Of a DNA stretch of 64,000 bases, positions 1 to 14,121 are shown one piece after another. The stretch spans positions 364,498,001 through 364,562,000 of the forward strand of contig OZ024743.1 of the NCBI GenBank assembly GCA_964016885.1, written 5' to 3'. A model generated the notes under the pieces. It had not been told where the DNA came from and made no database searches. It saw only the letters and a list, made by a program, of their open reading frames with translations. Made by a program: the position numbers and the translations under genes. The DNA comes from Eledone cirrhosa. Its lineage: Eukaryota. The first letter of the stretch is position 1. Each line of letters begins with the position of its first letter.

Positions 1-665
1 CAGAAATGAAAATCAGTGCTGCGAAGACAGACGCTCTCTCTCTCAAGAAAGCCAGCACAATGCACTGTACATTTGAATGGAGTTCCATGGAAGCAAGTGG
101 AGAAGTTCAAGTATCTTGGGGCTGGCTGTGTTCACCAATGATGGAAGGCAGGAGGCTGAATCAAGTGCAAGAATTGCAGGAGCTGGTACAGTAATGCGCC
201 AGCTTCAACATTTGGTAATCAGAAGAGAGATAGGTATAAAAGCCAAACTCGCTATCTCCAATTCAGTATTTGTGCCAACCCTTACCTTTAGTCATGAATC
301 TTACGGCTGAAATAGGGTTTCTCCGAAAGGTCTTTTGATTAACGTTACTCCATAGAATGTGAAGCTTGGAGATTAGAGAGTGACTCCAAGTAGCTGTTAC
401 TTCTCAGAATTGAAAGATCACAGCTACGGGCATGTGATTAGAATGTCCCAGGAAAGAATCGCCAGACAGATTTTATAGACAAAACCAACTGACAGGAGAC
501 CCAGAGCCAGATGGTTGGATAACATCTATGAGCTTGGTCAATCTCGCTTGGAGATCCAGTTGGATCAATTGGAGATGGTTGCTTCTGACAAGACCTGCTG
601 GAAGGAACATTTGAGGACTCTGCCCTCATGACCCTATCAAGAATAAATGGGCAAAGAAAAGATAA
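1..665 (+). mobile_element. Degenerate 3' part of an RTE-clade LINE
   Basis: Frameshifted VEKFKYLG, ARIAGA, FVPTL and GHVIRMSQERIARQI segments. An inverted relative lies at about 30440-30760. Confidence 0.75.
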
Positions 666-2424
666 ACACAATGTCTTGTAGCTTAGCAGTTCAACTGGTG
701 AAGCTCAGTGGAATAAATACCATACTTGAAAATAAAGGTTGGTGCCAGAAGCCAGAGGATACTAATCTAACCCATATTAGCATGGAAGAGCAGACGTTAC
801 AATAGGTTTTGTTCAAAACCTAATAAACCTACATTAGTGCCAAACAGCAGATATACTTTTTAGCCAATATGAATTTATAGAAAATATATATGAAATCCAG
901 AATATGAGCAAAGTCTGAAAATAAGGTACTTCATTCCATAGAAGAAGAAACAAATTCAATGATAGTTTACAGTTAAAATTTAACATCGATTTTATTGTTC
1001 TTTTATGTCCATTCTCCATGCTCGTATATATTCTGATCCACCTCACTTGGATGTTTCCTTTTTAGCATGATTTCTAGGGATAAATGCCATTCCTATTGCC
1101 AACCACTTTACAAAATGTACTGTAAGGTCTCCGTTTGTTTACCAGCATTAGGGAACTGTCTTATTCCCAGCATAGTAGAAAAAAAGAGTGATAAAAGACA
1201 GTAAGAAGGTTATAGAAACAACATGGCAAAGAAAAGGACAGATTAGCAGTATCCAAATAGGCAATGTAGTAATATAATGGAAACATTTTCTGAATAGTTG
1301 TTGATTAAAGAAACTTACTGTGATCGATGTAAACTGAAAGGAGCATCTGGTACAAGGAAACTTCCCATTAAGGATAAGAATATTAATATCAACACAGGAG
1401 CCAATTGTACAAGTAGGTTGTAGCCACTCTGTAAAAGATAAAATACAATAAATTTTGTAAATATTTCTTCAGATATATACAGTAAATAATATGAAAAGGT
1501 AAACCTAGCGGGTTTTATTAAACATATTTGTTTACAACATATTCAGTAATTTTTTTCATTAAATTCTTTATTTCTTCCAAAAATGCTGTTTTACCAATAT
1601 TAGTCTGAAAATAAACTAAACTATATAAAACCTAAATCAATAGTTTAGTAAAATATTTTTGTTTTAAATCTGTTATACATTACAAGAAATGCAAATAGAA
1701 AGAAGTAAATTAAAGCTATCAAATAAGTTTTATTGCATAGGGTTGCCAAAATAAACCATTATATAATCATATAATTACACACATGTATATTGTTTTGCTA
1801 ATTTCAGCTATCAAGTAACTTTGATGCATTGGGCTCCCATAATAATACCATGTTAAATGCTTACTTTGTTATATGGTTTAAACGATTAAGTAAATCACCA
1901 AAAACTGAAGTTCAGAATTGCAAACTATATATTTTATCAATTAACTCTTAACATATGTTATGATTTAGTAGAAAATATCTTTAAAATAGGTGCCAATTCA
2001 AATGTTGGCATCTTTACTACACTTTCACTTGTTTCAGCCAACTGGCTGAGGCCATGCTGGGACTAGTGGACAGATAACGAAAATTTGCAGTAATAGAATA
2101 TAGACTAAATTTTCATGTGATCTAGTCATAGTGCTGTTTTATACTTTTCAATAATATCTTGCTAATATGGTTTCATATGGTACAGGACATTAAGAATCAA
2201 ACAAACTAACCCAGCATTCTATCACTAAACCAATTACTATGATATTTCCTCTAGATGTGTAGGTAAATCTGGAGAGATTTCATTACTGCATTCAATGACT
2301 TATGCAAAGCACCTCTGTTGACTGGTTTTCAAAAGGTATATTCAAGATATTATTTTGACAACTTCCTCTTTCATGAAATTGAAAACTTTTGCTATATAAA
2401 TAGAATAAAATACATTGTCTAGTT

Positions 2425-2703
2425 CAGAGGTCTGAAACTGTGTTGCAACACTATTGTATCACAGACAATCTTCGATAGGTCACGAAATGAAGACAAATCT
2501 GATAAATTTTTACAAATATTTGGCTGTGAAGTATATTTGAAATCCTACAACTTCCTATAAAATTATACATGTGGCTGGTGGCATGCGATATATTTAATTG
2601 TTTACATATAAATTTCATGTTACTACAAAAAACTTAATGCATCATAAAAAAAAAAATCATATTTTTTAAAAGTGCCACTAAAGTGAAAGTGCTGAAAACT
2701 CTG
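2425..2703. mobile_element. Old hAT-Charlie-like MITE
   Basis: Ends CAGAGGTCTGAAAC and GCTGAAAACTCTG; flanked by the degenerate NTCTAGNN 8-mers gtctagtt and atctagcc. Confidence 0.45.
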
Positions 2704-4329
2704 ATCTAGCCAGTCAAATGTTTCGGGTTAACTCACCATATTTCTAATGAAAAACACTGTATATGATGATTTTCAAATAATTTTGAAAATAATCAAAAAA
2801 TTAGAGGGATTTAGTAATATAACTTTCTCATTATTAAGCTGGAGTTTAAAGGTTCTTACATAAAATTATGATAGATTTTTATATAATATTATAAAAACAC
2901 TTTAAAATAAAAAAAATAAAAAAATTGTATTTGGTTTACTATCAAAATGATTTTAAAAATGTATTAAAAAGATCAAAATTTCAAATATCTGTAATAATTC
3001 TAGAGTTTCAAATACTTTAGCATGAGAGCTTTATATCATTCCTAAAATTATATTTAAAATCTATATCAATTGTTCATACAAGTGTTTCATATTTGGTAGT
3101 AAAATCTAAACCGAATGCTTGATTAATTAAATAAGTCAGAGGTAAATCCAATACAATTCAGAAAGGAATTAAATGAAACATGCCTACTAAGATATAACAA
3201 ACACTACAGAAAGAGAAATAGTCCAACCAAACTGATTAGTAAATGAAAGATATAGTGTATATATAAAATATTTAAAATCAATATATTTACTTTTAAGATG
3301 GTAGACAGCTATATAAAAAATGCATTCACTATCTCCAAAAATGCTACCTCTAGCATTTGCATGTGGTCACAGCTGTATATCGGTCTAGTCAAACAATTTT
3401 AAAGACTCAAACATTTGAAAGTAGAAATTACTTTTGCCTGTTCATATCTCATTATATAGTATGTAAATTTTAACACCACAAAAAAACAAAAACAAACAAC
3501 AACACAGTTTTTATATCATGACCATCTCAGGAAAATTTTCATGTAAGTTTGGTTGCTTACTGAAATCTATTTAGAAATTCATTAACCCCTTTTGATGTTA
3601 GATAGTTATGTTTATGAAATATGTTGGCTTCCATTCACATAATATTAATCTGTTAAGTTGATAGATAGATATATTAAAATTGATCTGTTTACAAATTATA
3701 TTTACTTCTGTTAAGATGCTAGATAAATAAAAATCGTTTTCATTAGCACCCAAAATGCCAACACTGAGGAAAGCATTCACTCTCTTGACTGGTAAACAAT
3801 CTTAGAAGTCCCCTCTCTGATATAATATTAGTTTATAGGCATGTGTACAGGTGTATGTGTGAGTATGAATTCATATGTATGTTTATTTTATGCTGAATAT
3901 ATAAATATATGCGACGCGAGTATGTGGGGGTGCATATGAGAGTATGTACATATTTATATTGGTCAGCATGTATAGAGTGGGTCTACATTATGCACTCGTA
4001 TGTAGTTGAGTAGGTATATATCCTTACAACGCTTTATGTCCGGCTGTGTTTGCATACATGTATACACATTACATAAATTGATATGTGTGATTGTACATAT
4101 TCTCTATCACAGCACTCCTAGTTAAGGCCTATTTAGGGATTGGCTGGACATCCTCCCATGCATGTCCCAGCCAGATGGGTTACATTGTGACTGGTGGTAA
4201 CAGTAATCTTTAAATAGGAACACCAGACAATGAGCAAGAGGCTACTATCAGTTGGCAAGTGATCACAAAGAATCTCTTTTCTAGTGCAGAAAACATACAG
4301 GCCCAATGTGTCTTCACAACAGGTTCAAA

Positions 4330-5010
4330 ACTTCCAGGTTGTAATAATTAATGATGGTACAATGAGGTAGATCTGTATAAATTGTTGAGATGCTTTAGTG
4401 GGGACGTAGATGTGTGTTGGGTGCAAAAGGTAAGATGAGAAGAAGTTTTGGTCAGACTGCTCACAGGCAAGAAACATAAGTTCTTTTGGGTAGGGAGAAA
4501 TGATGGTTTGGGTGGAGTTGGTAAACTATTAGCTGAGAAATGTGTAGATAAGGTAATCAATGTTGTCAGAGTTTGCAACAGGATAATTAAACTTAGACTA
4601 GTCAGGGATAACACTATTATTATTCTTATATTTATTTGAATATATACTGTAAGCTAGGCTTGAAGAAGAATGGAAGGACCACTTCTATGACACCTGCTCA
4701 CAGACTAACTATTACGAATGACAGTAACAAAATTATCTTGGCTGGCGATTTCAATGTACATGGGCTGAGAAGCAAAGAAAGAACAAACTCCTTCAGTTCT
4801 GTGATACAAATTATCTGACAATCCGCAACACCAAATTCAGGAAAGTGACCAGCCACCAGATTATCTACCAATCACGTGGACACACAAGCTAGATTGACTT
4901 TATTCTCACCAGGAAATAAGCCAGGCAGATGGTTATAAATGCAAAAGCTTTCACTGGGGAAGAAAGCACCACTTAACATAAGTCAGTAATTAGAGACCTA
5001 AAAGTATGAG
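4330..5010 (+). mobile_element. Degenerate RTE endonuclease (APE) fragment
   Basis: KFFWVG..G.GGVG.LLAEK.VDKV..V.RV..RIIKLRLV, LAGDFNVHG and IDFIL motifs. Confidence 0.8.
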
Positions 5011-5239
5011 CTAGACAGACACAGAAACCTAAACAGCAAAGTAAATTTTAAAAATTACGATCTATCTTAATGCAAAATTTTCCTTTTTTAATTATTTTTA
5101 AATAGTTGACCCACATTGAATTAAAACAAGATTACCAATATATATATATTTTCCTATTGGATGTCATTCCTACCAAAGCAACAAGCAAGCAGCAACCCAG
5201 CAGGTCATAAGTGACAGCTTAATTTGAGTTACATAAAAG

Positions 5240-5447
5240 AAAATCTAATGAGATACTGCCCTTAAAATCAGAAGAGGGTTCCATGGAAAGACACTCAGAG
5301 AGTAGAAACTTTTCTAACAAAAGGGGACAATCATTGTGAAAGGATGAAAATTAGTAAAAAGATGAGTCACTTGATTATCAACAAGAGGAGGAACAGGAGA
5401 AGAGAGTTCATCAGAACAACAACCATGGAAGTATTTATAGAATAGAG
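5240..5447 (-). mobile_element. CR1/L2-like LINE 3' fragment
   Basis: SLFYKYFHGCCSDELSSPVPP...FHPFT resembles the post-RT region of CR1/L2/Jockey-type ORF2. Confidence 0.5.
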
Positions 5448-5549
5448 ATTTAACCTTTTTGATACCAAACCACCTGAAACCACTCCTGGTTCTATGATAC
5501 AAAACTCGTTTTAAAATGTTGATATTTATCTAAAAACCTTTTATCATAA

Positions 5550-6444
5550 TCTATATATATATAAAACTGAGGATGTCTGCCTGTGTGTGTGTGAGTTTGA
5601 ATCCCTAAAACTCGAGAACCACCCAACCGACTCTTTTCAAACTTTACACATGTAAAACTTATGTTTCAGGGAGTGTTTTGAGCAAAATAAATTTCAAATT
5701 TTCAATGCCCTAGGGACCGCATTAGGCGATTTAGCGATCTCTCTCTATAATTCTTAGTCTTTCTCTTTTTAGATAGATACATACACATAACGCCGCGCCC
5801 TTATAATATCTGGCTGTCTGCATTACGTCACTTCCCTGAGGGTGTGTGAGTTTGAATCCCTAAAACTCGAGAAGTACCCAACCGACTTTTTTCAAACTTT
5901 ACATGTGTATTACTTATGTTTCAGGGAGTGTTATGCACATAAAAAATTCATCTTTTTGATCCCCTAGGGCCCGCATTAGGTGAAAAACTGTGTTTTTTCA
6001 GGTTTTTAGGGTTTTTTTTAGTCGTTACGTCAGACTGATTTCCTTGAAATTGTAACTATGTATTAGTCAGTCTCTTCTTCATACCGTGAGCAAAGAAAAT
6101 CCAACTTTTTTATGGCCTAGGGCCTGCATTAGGTGAAAAACTTCATTTTTTCAGCTTTTTAGGGCTTTTTTGAGGTGTTACGTCTAGCCGATTTTCCCGA
6201 AATTTAAAGGCATATTATGCACCTAAAAAAAATTCATTTTCTTGATTCCTAGGGCCCGCATTAGGTGAAAACCTGCATTTTCCCTGCTTCATTGAGGAAA
6301 ATCTTAAAGATTATCCAGCCATCAGAGTATTCGGTTTATTTTCTTTACATATTGTCCACGCATGCAGTTTTTCGACGATTAGGTCTGTTGGCGGCCGGCC
6401 TTCCAAAATACCTTATCCCGTGCAACACCGGGTACCACTGCTAG
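5550..6444 (+). mobile_element. Non-autonomous Helitron
   Basis: 5' end A|TCTATATATATATAAAA; 3' hairpin CCCGTGCAACACCGGG then TACCACTGCTAG|T. No TSD, internal tandem repeats. It sits inside a TTAA-CC(C/T)TTTTGATACCAA repeat starting near 5450. Confidence 0.88.
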
Positions 6445-9400
6445 TTTTATATAAGAAACATTGTGTTAAGTTATTTCACTAAAATCCTCCAAATTCATAA
6501 TTATTTTCAAAATTATTTGAAAATCATAGGTAGTGTCTTTCAACAAAAATATGTTATGAAATGGTTGAGGTTTAGTTTAGTTTTGGAATTATATATCACC
6601 ATCATTATATATCCACGTTCCATGCTGGTATGGATTAGATGAGTTCTCACATTCTGAGACTAGACAAATCAGATGATCACATCTTGTTTATATGCTCCTA
6701 TTTATCATGATTTCAATGCCCTTCCTAACACCAACCATTTTATAGTGAGTACTGAATGCATTTTATCGTGGCACCAGTACTTCCACATTTCACGGTGAGC
6801 TGGGTGCTTTTTATCACGAGACCTGTACTATATCAAATTAAAAATAATTAACTGACATTTTCAAAACATTTTCAGTGCTAAAATACTTAGAATTTGAAAT
6901 AGAAATGTTAATATTACAACCATACATAAACCCTACTCATATTACAACATTCCTCTATAAATAGGGCATGTTTATATGAATGCTATCATTACAATCTCAA
7001 TTACATGTCTTTACACCAAATCCAACCAAAATTCCTGTTTCCTTGACAAATTTATCAAACAAATCTATCATTGTAATATCTATGAAATAGTATGCTCTCA
7101 TTAAAGTTAGCCCGTCTCTCTTGCACACACACACACAGCAAAGTACACCACAATATATCTATACAGAGATCTTATTTGACAATAACCAAAGCAAAATTAA
7201 GGTTAAATATTTCATAACCCATAAGAACGGGAATGTTAAAATGTCAGCGTTTTATAACTGGACGATCTTCCTGATGCCAGCCCTTTTAGTTGACTCTTCA
7301 GAAAAGCAGAGATGTGGGTATACATATTCTAAAAACCAAATTTATTAAATCATTGTTTTACACCCATTTCTCCATGCTGGTATGGGATGGACAAGCCATT
7401 TTTGAGGCAATATACTTGTAAGATACTGATCTTCGCATGTTGAATTGCTGAGCTATGGAGAATACTGTTTATGTGAGACTTTAACAAATGATATTTCTGT
7501 GGTTTACATGGGTGATAGACTTAGGTGCCCAGTTTAACATCACCACTTGGCCTTTCAGTATCTGTTGCAAGCATTTGGGCCAGGTATGCAGTTTGAGCAT
7601 ACCTTCCTCCCCACACCCTACAAGTTTTGAAGGCCTTAAAAAAGGGTCATGAGCGCTGCACTTCTTTCCTCTTCCTGACTAAACAGTTACAAATAAAAAA
7701 TATAAGCAAAAATAAATGTCATGAAAGCCAAGTAGCTCTGTCAAAATATTAGTCACCTGCCATAATCCAATTCACACCAATTGCTCCACTAACCTAGTTT
7801 ATACTCATTAAATAACAATTACAAATCAGATTAAGAAGCATTACGAATCTGTGATCCCCCACCCTCCTCTTCAACTTAACATTTTCAATAATTATGAGTG
7901 GATAATGGATAATTTCAGGCTCTTTGGAACTCGATGGATTTAACTCATCTATTGCTCCAAGATCAAGTTCTGAAATTTCTAAGTAAAACCATTGTCATCC
8001 CATCACAGGTGAAGGGCAGCACAATACAAGACACTAGCCATTATTATCCCCATCATTGTGTTTACATCCACCTTTCCATGCTGGCAACCATTGAGTGTGA
8101 CTTTTTGAGGAAGTATTCTGTAACCAAATATCCTTCCTGATGCCAGCCCTTATTTTTCCACTGATATTTCCATGTTATACTACTTGCTGCAGGGCATATT
8201 GTTTATGTGGGATATAATATAGCCTTATGTGATGTCAATACAAAATACATTCAGTCACACATACATGACAGACTTCTGCAGTTTCTGTCAACAAAATTTC
8301 ACTCACAAGGCATTGGTCAACCCAAGGCTATAATAGCAAGCACTTGCCAAAATGTCACACAAATGGGGACAAACCTGGAACCACATGGCTGCACAGCAAA
8401 CTTCTTAACTACACAGAGACCTGCACCTATAACATCCCACTACAATATAAACAAGGCTGGTTTATATGTATGCTATTATTCCATTTTAAAAGATAGAAAA
8501 TTGTTTTCAGTCTGTGATTAGATGTTTTGCTAAAGAGTAATAAAAAAAAATATGTTTCTGTGAAAGGAATTCATTACTGAATTCTTATTTGGCCAATAAG
8601 AATTATTGTTAATAAAAAATCCTTTCGTCATTTTGTTTTGAGATAAAATCTAAATATAATTACTTTGATGTGGGTGGCTTCAAGTTGTTTAATATTGTAG
8701 CAGTTTCAAATGGGTCAGTATAAAAACAGACAGGTGTTATGATACAAAGAATGTATTTGTCAAAGACATGACAATATGAAGTTGTCAAATACATTATTGA
8801 AAACAAAACAAAATATATTTTTTTAAATATAGATTTAAAAGTAAAAAGTCAGTTGATAAAAAATATAATAAAAAAAAATTCTGTGATTGGAATACAGGAC
8901 ACCAGAGAAATCTGCTGAAACAAAATGATACATACAAACGCATGTTAATTTAAGTGCCCGAAGAAAATTAAGGCTCCAAGAGACTAATTGGTGATGTAGT
9001 CTATTCTTGTTATATAAGTTATAATACAAGACCAATCATGAGTAATACGGTATATACAAACAAATTATGGAACACTATGAAAAACAAAAGTCCCTACAAA
9101 GAGATAAATCATCAGAATAAACGATTTAACAAATGAAACTTTTACTAAAATGACTTTATATGATGCACTCCCCCATCCATTTTGAAGAATGAATGTTTTA
9201 GTTTGATCACTGGCACTATTCAATGACTTATTACATAAGTGGCTAAGCATTTTCAACTCAAAAGAATGGGTTGACCCAAGGTTGTGTAGAAGACATTTGC
9301 CTAGTATGCCACACTGCAAATTTGTGAAATTGTTAAAGTGTCAGATGTGATATTTTGCAGTATTTCTTTTGGCCTTTTGCATTCTGAATTCACATGTTAT

Positions 9401-10350
9401 GTCACTGGAGCAAAGCGACATCAACCTTTGCCTTTCCCTTGGAGAACATTGGAGAGGGGAAACTGGCTTGCATGGGTGACTGCTTGTCTTCCATTAAAAA
9501 AAAAAACTTGTCCAAGCCTTCGACTTGGAGACGAACTTTAATGCAATTCCTAAGCCAAATCAGTATGACAAAATATGCAATATGGTGGACCTTTGAATTT
9601 CAGGTACAATCCATCCAACAGGCTTCCACACAATTTGTCTACCCAATTTTACATGGTCAGTCAAAAGATTTAAATTCATAATTTATGTATGCATTGCATA
9701 GTCAACCAAGCACTTTAAGCATATTTAAATTTTTTTCCAGTAGTACAAAAAGACAAGAAAAATTTTAATTGATAAAGTTTGTTTGGACTTAATGGACACC
9801 AGATAAAATAATGATGTAAAACAAAACATTAAGGTAGAAAAGAACAATAAGTGGACATCAGATTAAACTGCTGCTAACAAGTCCACGCAAGTCAAAGCAA
9901 GAAACAAAAATATCCACTATCATTTATCACTGTAGCAATAGCTACAACTGATGCTCAAATTTTTTATCACAAAAGCCCTATCACCAAATAGTGGAATTAC
10001 TATTTAATCACAAGAGTAGGCTGCATATACTATGTTAATGTAAAGTTTAGTTGGTGAAGCATCAAAAATATAATCATTTTATATAACAGACAAAAGTCAT
10101 AACAGAAATGTTAGGCAACATACAAGTTAAAGAAAAAAAAATTAGAAGAGATGTTAAAGCTAAACAGTTATTTCGAATACCTTGTTATTGAATGTTAATA
10201 AAACAATTATATTTTATTTATTTATGCACAATGAGCATTAAGATGGCAGTCATAATCTGACTCGTAGAAACTTTCATTATTTAGTATGCATACCATTCAG
10301 GGGGAAAAAACTTATAAAGAACTCCTTAAAAATACATATGACTAGATTAA

Positions 10351-10564
10351 CCCTTTAGCATTTACATTACTCTAAATTTACTATTATATTTTTATGGTAA
10401 AGGCTTTACCTCACATAATTATCTCTCATATCGAATCTATGAGGTTTTGATGTCATTTATTTTGAGAACAATACTTTAACATAAGTATGAGCAGCCGGTT
10501 ACAGCTGGTTTGAACAGAGAGGTGAGAATTCTGGCCAGATATAGCCAGTTTAAATGCTAAAGGG
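10351..10564. mobile_element. piggyBac-like MITE
   Basis: TTAA on both sides; TIRs CCCTTTAGCATTTA and TAAATGCTAAAGGG. Confidence 0.85.
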
Positions 10565-12169
10565 TTAATCATCACTATCATCATTTAATGTCCAGTTTCC
10601 CTACTAGCAAGGGTTTGGAGGATTGTCCGCAGACCAGGTTGGTACTCAAAGTGAAGAGACTGACCCAGCAATGAGTCGAGAGTGCCTACATCTCGCATCC
10701 GTTCCCGCACCTGACCCAGTGCTCAAACACAATCCCATACACTAACAAATACATTTTATCATGACTCCAGCACTAGGGAATTTGTTGTGTCTTTCACATA
10801 GCTGAAGAGTTATCCTGATGACAGGTTTTTTTTATAGTTGGATACCGTTCCTATTACCAAACATTTTACAGAGTGTATTGTGTGCGGGTGTTAACTGAAG
10901 AGTCCTCTTACATTACGTCCTGTAATGATTTAGCAGAAAATATTTAGCTAAAAATGGGCTTGTTAATTCAAATGTTTATAGTGTCTTTACAAATCATTGG
11001 GAAAATTTGTAATATTGCAGTAAAAACTTCCCTTTTAATGTGATGCAATCACAGTATTGTTTTATACTTTTCAAGAATGCCTTACTAATAGATGTTAAGA
11101 GTTAATATAGATAAGAATATAGGGAGTAAAGGGGTGAGCAGTATGAGGTAGGGTTTGACCAAAAAGGAAGTAATGTAAGACATACAGTCCTTTCAGAAAA
11201 GTAGTGGAGCAATTTAAAAAATAGTATGCTGCTACAAAAAAAAAAAAGACATTCTTTCTCTCTCTCATAAACAGGCATTTGTTAAAAACACAATGGAAAT
11301 GCACTGCTAGCATTAACAAAAAAAAAATAATGCCTACTGGAATTCACCCAGCCTACTTTGTAAAATGGTACTGCCAGTGTTGTGATAAAATGCACCCTCC
11401 CTTTCAGTATTTGCTTTATCTCTCCCTGTCTGTGTTTGTATGAGTATGTATTTAAACTCAATGTGTATGTATGTGCATATAGAGATTCATGTATACAAAT
11501 TGTATTTTGATGTGGATGTATTATCTTTGATACCATACTTTGTGGTAGTTATGGTTTTTTGCAAAGTTTTCTTGCTGGATGCACTTACTATCAGCAACCA
11601 CTTTATAGTGTGGACTGGATGCATTATTTGTGCCACCAGCAGTGACTGCTTTCCTAAATGGCTTGCCATTATTACAGCTTACAGAGCCCACACCTGCTCT
11701 GTGCAGTCTTATTTTATTCAGAGTAACTAAACTTCTAGGTGGGCTACCTTCCCCCATGGCTTATAGAGCCGACATCTACCTCTAAAGCTGCTGCCACAAT
11801 AAAATGCATCCAATACACTATAAATTTGTTGGTATTTTAAGGGCATCCAGTCAGTGAAACCCTTCCAAAAATGGAATGCACATGTAAGACATGGTCCTCT
11901 GATTTATCCAGGAAAACAGTAACTGTAAATAAGAACTGACTGGGCCCACAGCAACCCATCCAACCCATCCAACCTATGACTGCATGGAAATTGCATGTAA
12001 AATGATGATGAAATGTGTAAATGTGTTTATGTGTAGATATGTGCATTTAGAGGGTTATGAATTCATATATGCATCCAAGCTTTTCATTATGGGCATGTGT
12101 TTCACCAAGATTTTAAGTGTATGTTAATTGATATATATCTAAAATATTTCATAAAAGCAATAATATAAT

Positions 12170-12352
12170 TGTTTCTACTTTAGGCACAAGGCCAGCAATT
12201 ACCCAGTGCATTACTGGTACTTTATTTCATCGACCCCGTAAGGATGAAAGGCAAAGTCAACCTCGGCAGGATTTGAACTCAGATCGTAAAGGGACGTAAC
12301 TATGCTGGAAAGCATGGCGTCCGACGCTCTACCGATACTGCCAATCCACCGT
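12170..12352 (-). mobile_element. Full-length tRNA-derived Nin-domain SINE (monomer of the family expanded at 50634-59520)
   Basis: A box TGGCAGTATCGG, B box GAGTTCAAATCC, core GCCTTTCATCCTTACGGGGTCGATGAAATAAAGTACCAG. 18-bp TSD taaaagcaataatataat at 12152 and 12353. Confidence 0.9.
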
Positions 12353-12914
12353 TAAAAGCAATAATATAATATTAATATAAATATAATATTAATATAAAAA
12401 ACAAATATGCCATTTCTACATATTTGGTACCCAGACAATGATGGGTACAATTGCTAGTTTTCTACATACATAGATTTATCATATATAGTTTTACTTACTT
12501 ATTTTGTTAATGTAGAGTCACAACTATAGTCTAAATTTTCCTTAAATTGACAGCGACAAGCTTATTAATTACATTATTAGCTGAGACTCAAGAAAACAAT
12601 CCCAATTAAAGGAAGAAGCCTATCCAAAACATCTAATTCAATAAATAATATTTGAATTCCCAAACATAGAAATTAATGAGTTGGGTTTTGTTAAATTCTT
12701 CAATAGATATTTCACCCTTAGAATTGTGCATAGCTGTTTATATATATAATTTTTTCAAGCAAACAGTAATAACATGCAACAACAAAACAGGCATTCCAGT
12801 TTGAATACTAGAAGAGAGAGAGAGAATCTTTATCAAATATCAAACCAAAAAAAAAAAACCAAACATTTTTCTTTGATAGAAAAAGTCCCCTCTTATCTAG
12901 TACAAAATGCTTAC

Positions 12915-13058
12915 CGCCTGTGTACGTAATAGGAAGGCTCTACCAATACCCGCAGCAGCCTTGTTAGAGGGAACTTGCTTGTTCTTTTCACATCGAGTGG
13001 CAAAGGAGGACAAATTAGATTTGTAAACGAAAAACTTGTGTTGCCTTGAACGGATTTT
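12915..13058 (-). CDS. Candidate symmetric cassette exon of the DNAJB12-like gene (KIRSRQHKFFVYKSNLSSFATRCEKNKQVPSNKAAAGIGRAFLLRTQA)
   Basis: Acceptor ctactattttcaacag and donor GCG|gtaagc; exactly 144 nt, stop-free in phase 0. Not a recognisable repeat and relatively CpG-rich. No protein homology recognised. Confidence 0.45.
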
Positions 13059-14071
13059 CTGTTGAAAATAGTAGCAACAAATTGTCCAACTCATAGCCAC
13101 AAATGTCAAGGTATGAAGAACTTGTCATTTAATCTTATATTTTACCAGGAAAACATTTCATATGGTTATAAACTTTAGTAACTATTTTTTAAAATCACGT
13201 TTTGCATGAATTCTAGGGAAAATGAACAGACTAATAAAAGGTTTAAAACAATATTTCATTTTATAGAAATAGGAAGATCAAAAAATTCAATTGAAGCATT
13301 TTAATGAAAAATAACCTCGTGTAAAATATTGATGTATACAAAACCCTCAAAATCAAAAATTGAATGCCACTGGCAAAAGAGATATACAAATATTGAATTC
13401 AGGATTTGTTTTACCCTATAAGATTATTGATAATTATCAATTGATTGATACATGAACAAGACAAGCTAATAAATCAGATACATTAATTTTGTTAATAAAT
13501 TAAACATTGTTTGGTGACAAATCAATAGAATTAAAATAATAGTGAGTGTAATATGGATATACTGATAGGCATGGAAATAAAGCAATAATTGTATTTCTGT
13601 GTATTGAAGGTGCTTTTTCCCCCACTAAAATACATTTCAAAGATTTACTGTGCACCCCAGAAGACAAAGGTTACACTATTCATAAGTCAACCCATAACAC
13701 TGATTTGAACTCGTGTATATGACCGTTAAATGAAGTGTACAAATTAGTTGGTTAAGGTAGAAATAAAAAGTATCATTAAATATTTTTTTTTAAATGTTAT
13801 AACAAAAATTAATTACCTTATTGGCAGATGATAGTAGACAAGCCAACTATCTAAGTAGTAAATTATATCATTTTACATCTATTTTCTATGCTGGCATGGG
13901 TTAAATGAATTGTCAAGTGACCACACCGCACTCATACGTTAAATATTTTGACATGGTTTCTATGGCTGGATGCCCTTCCTCATGTCAAACTTTACAGCAT
14001 GAATTATATTAATCTGAGGTATTTCCATATGAAAGACTACTCAAACAGAAATATTCAGCAAGAGAAACAAA

Positions 14072-14121
<50 letters not shown>

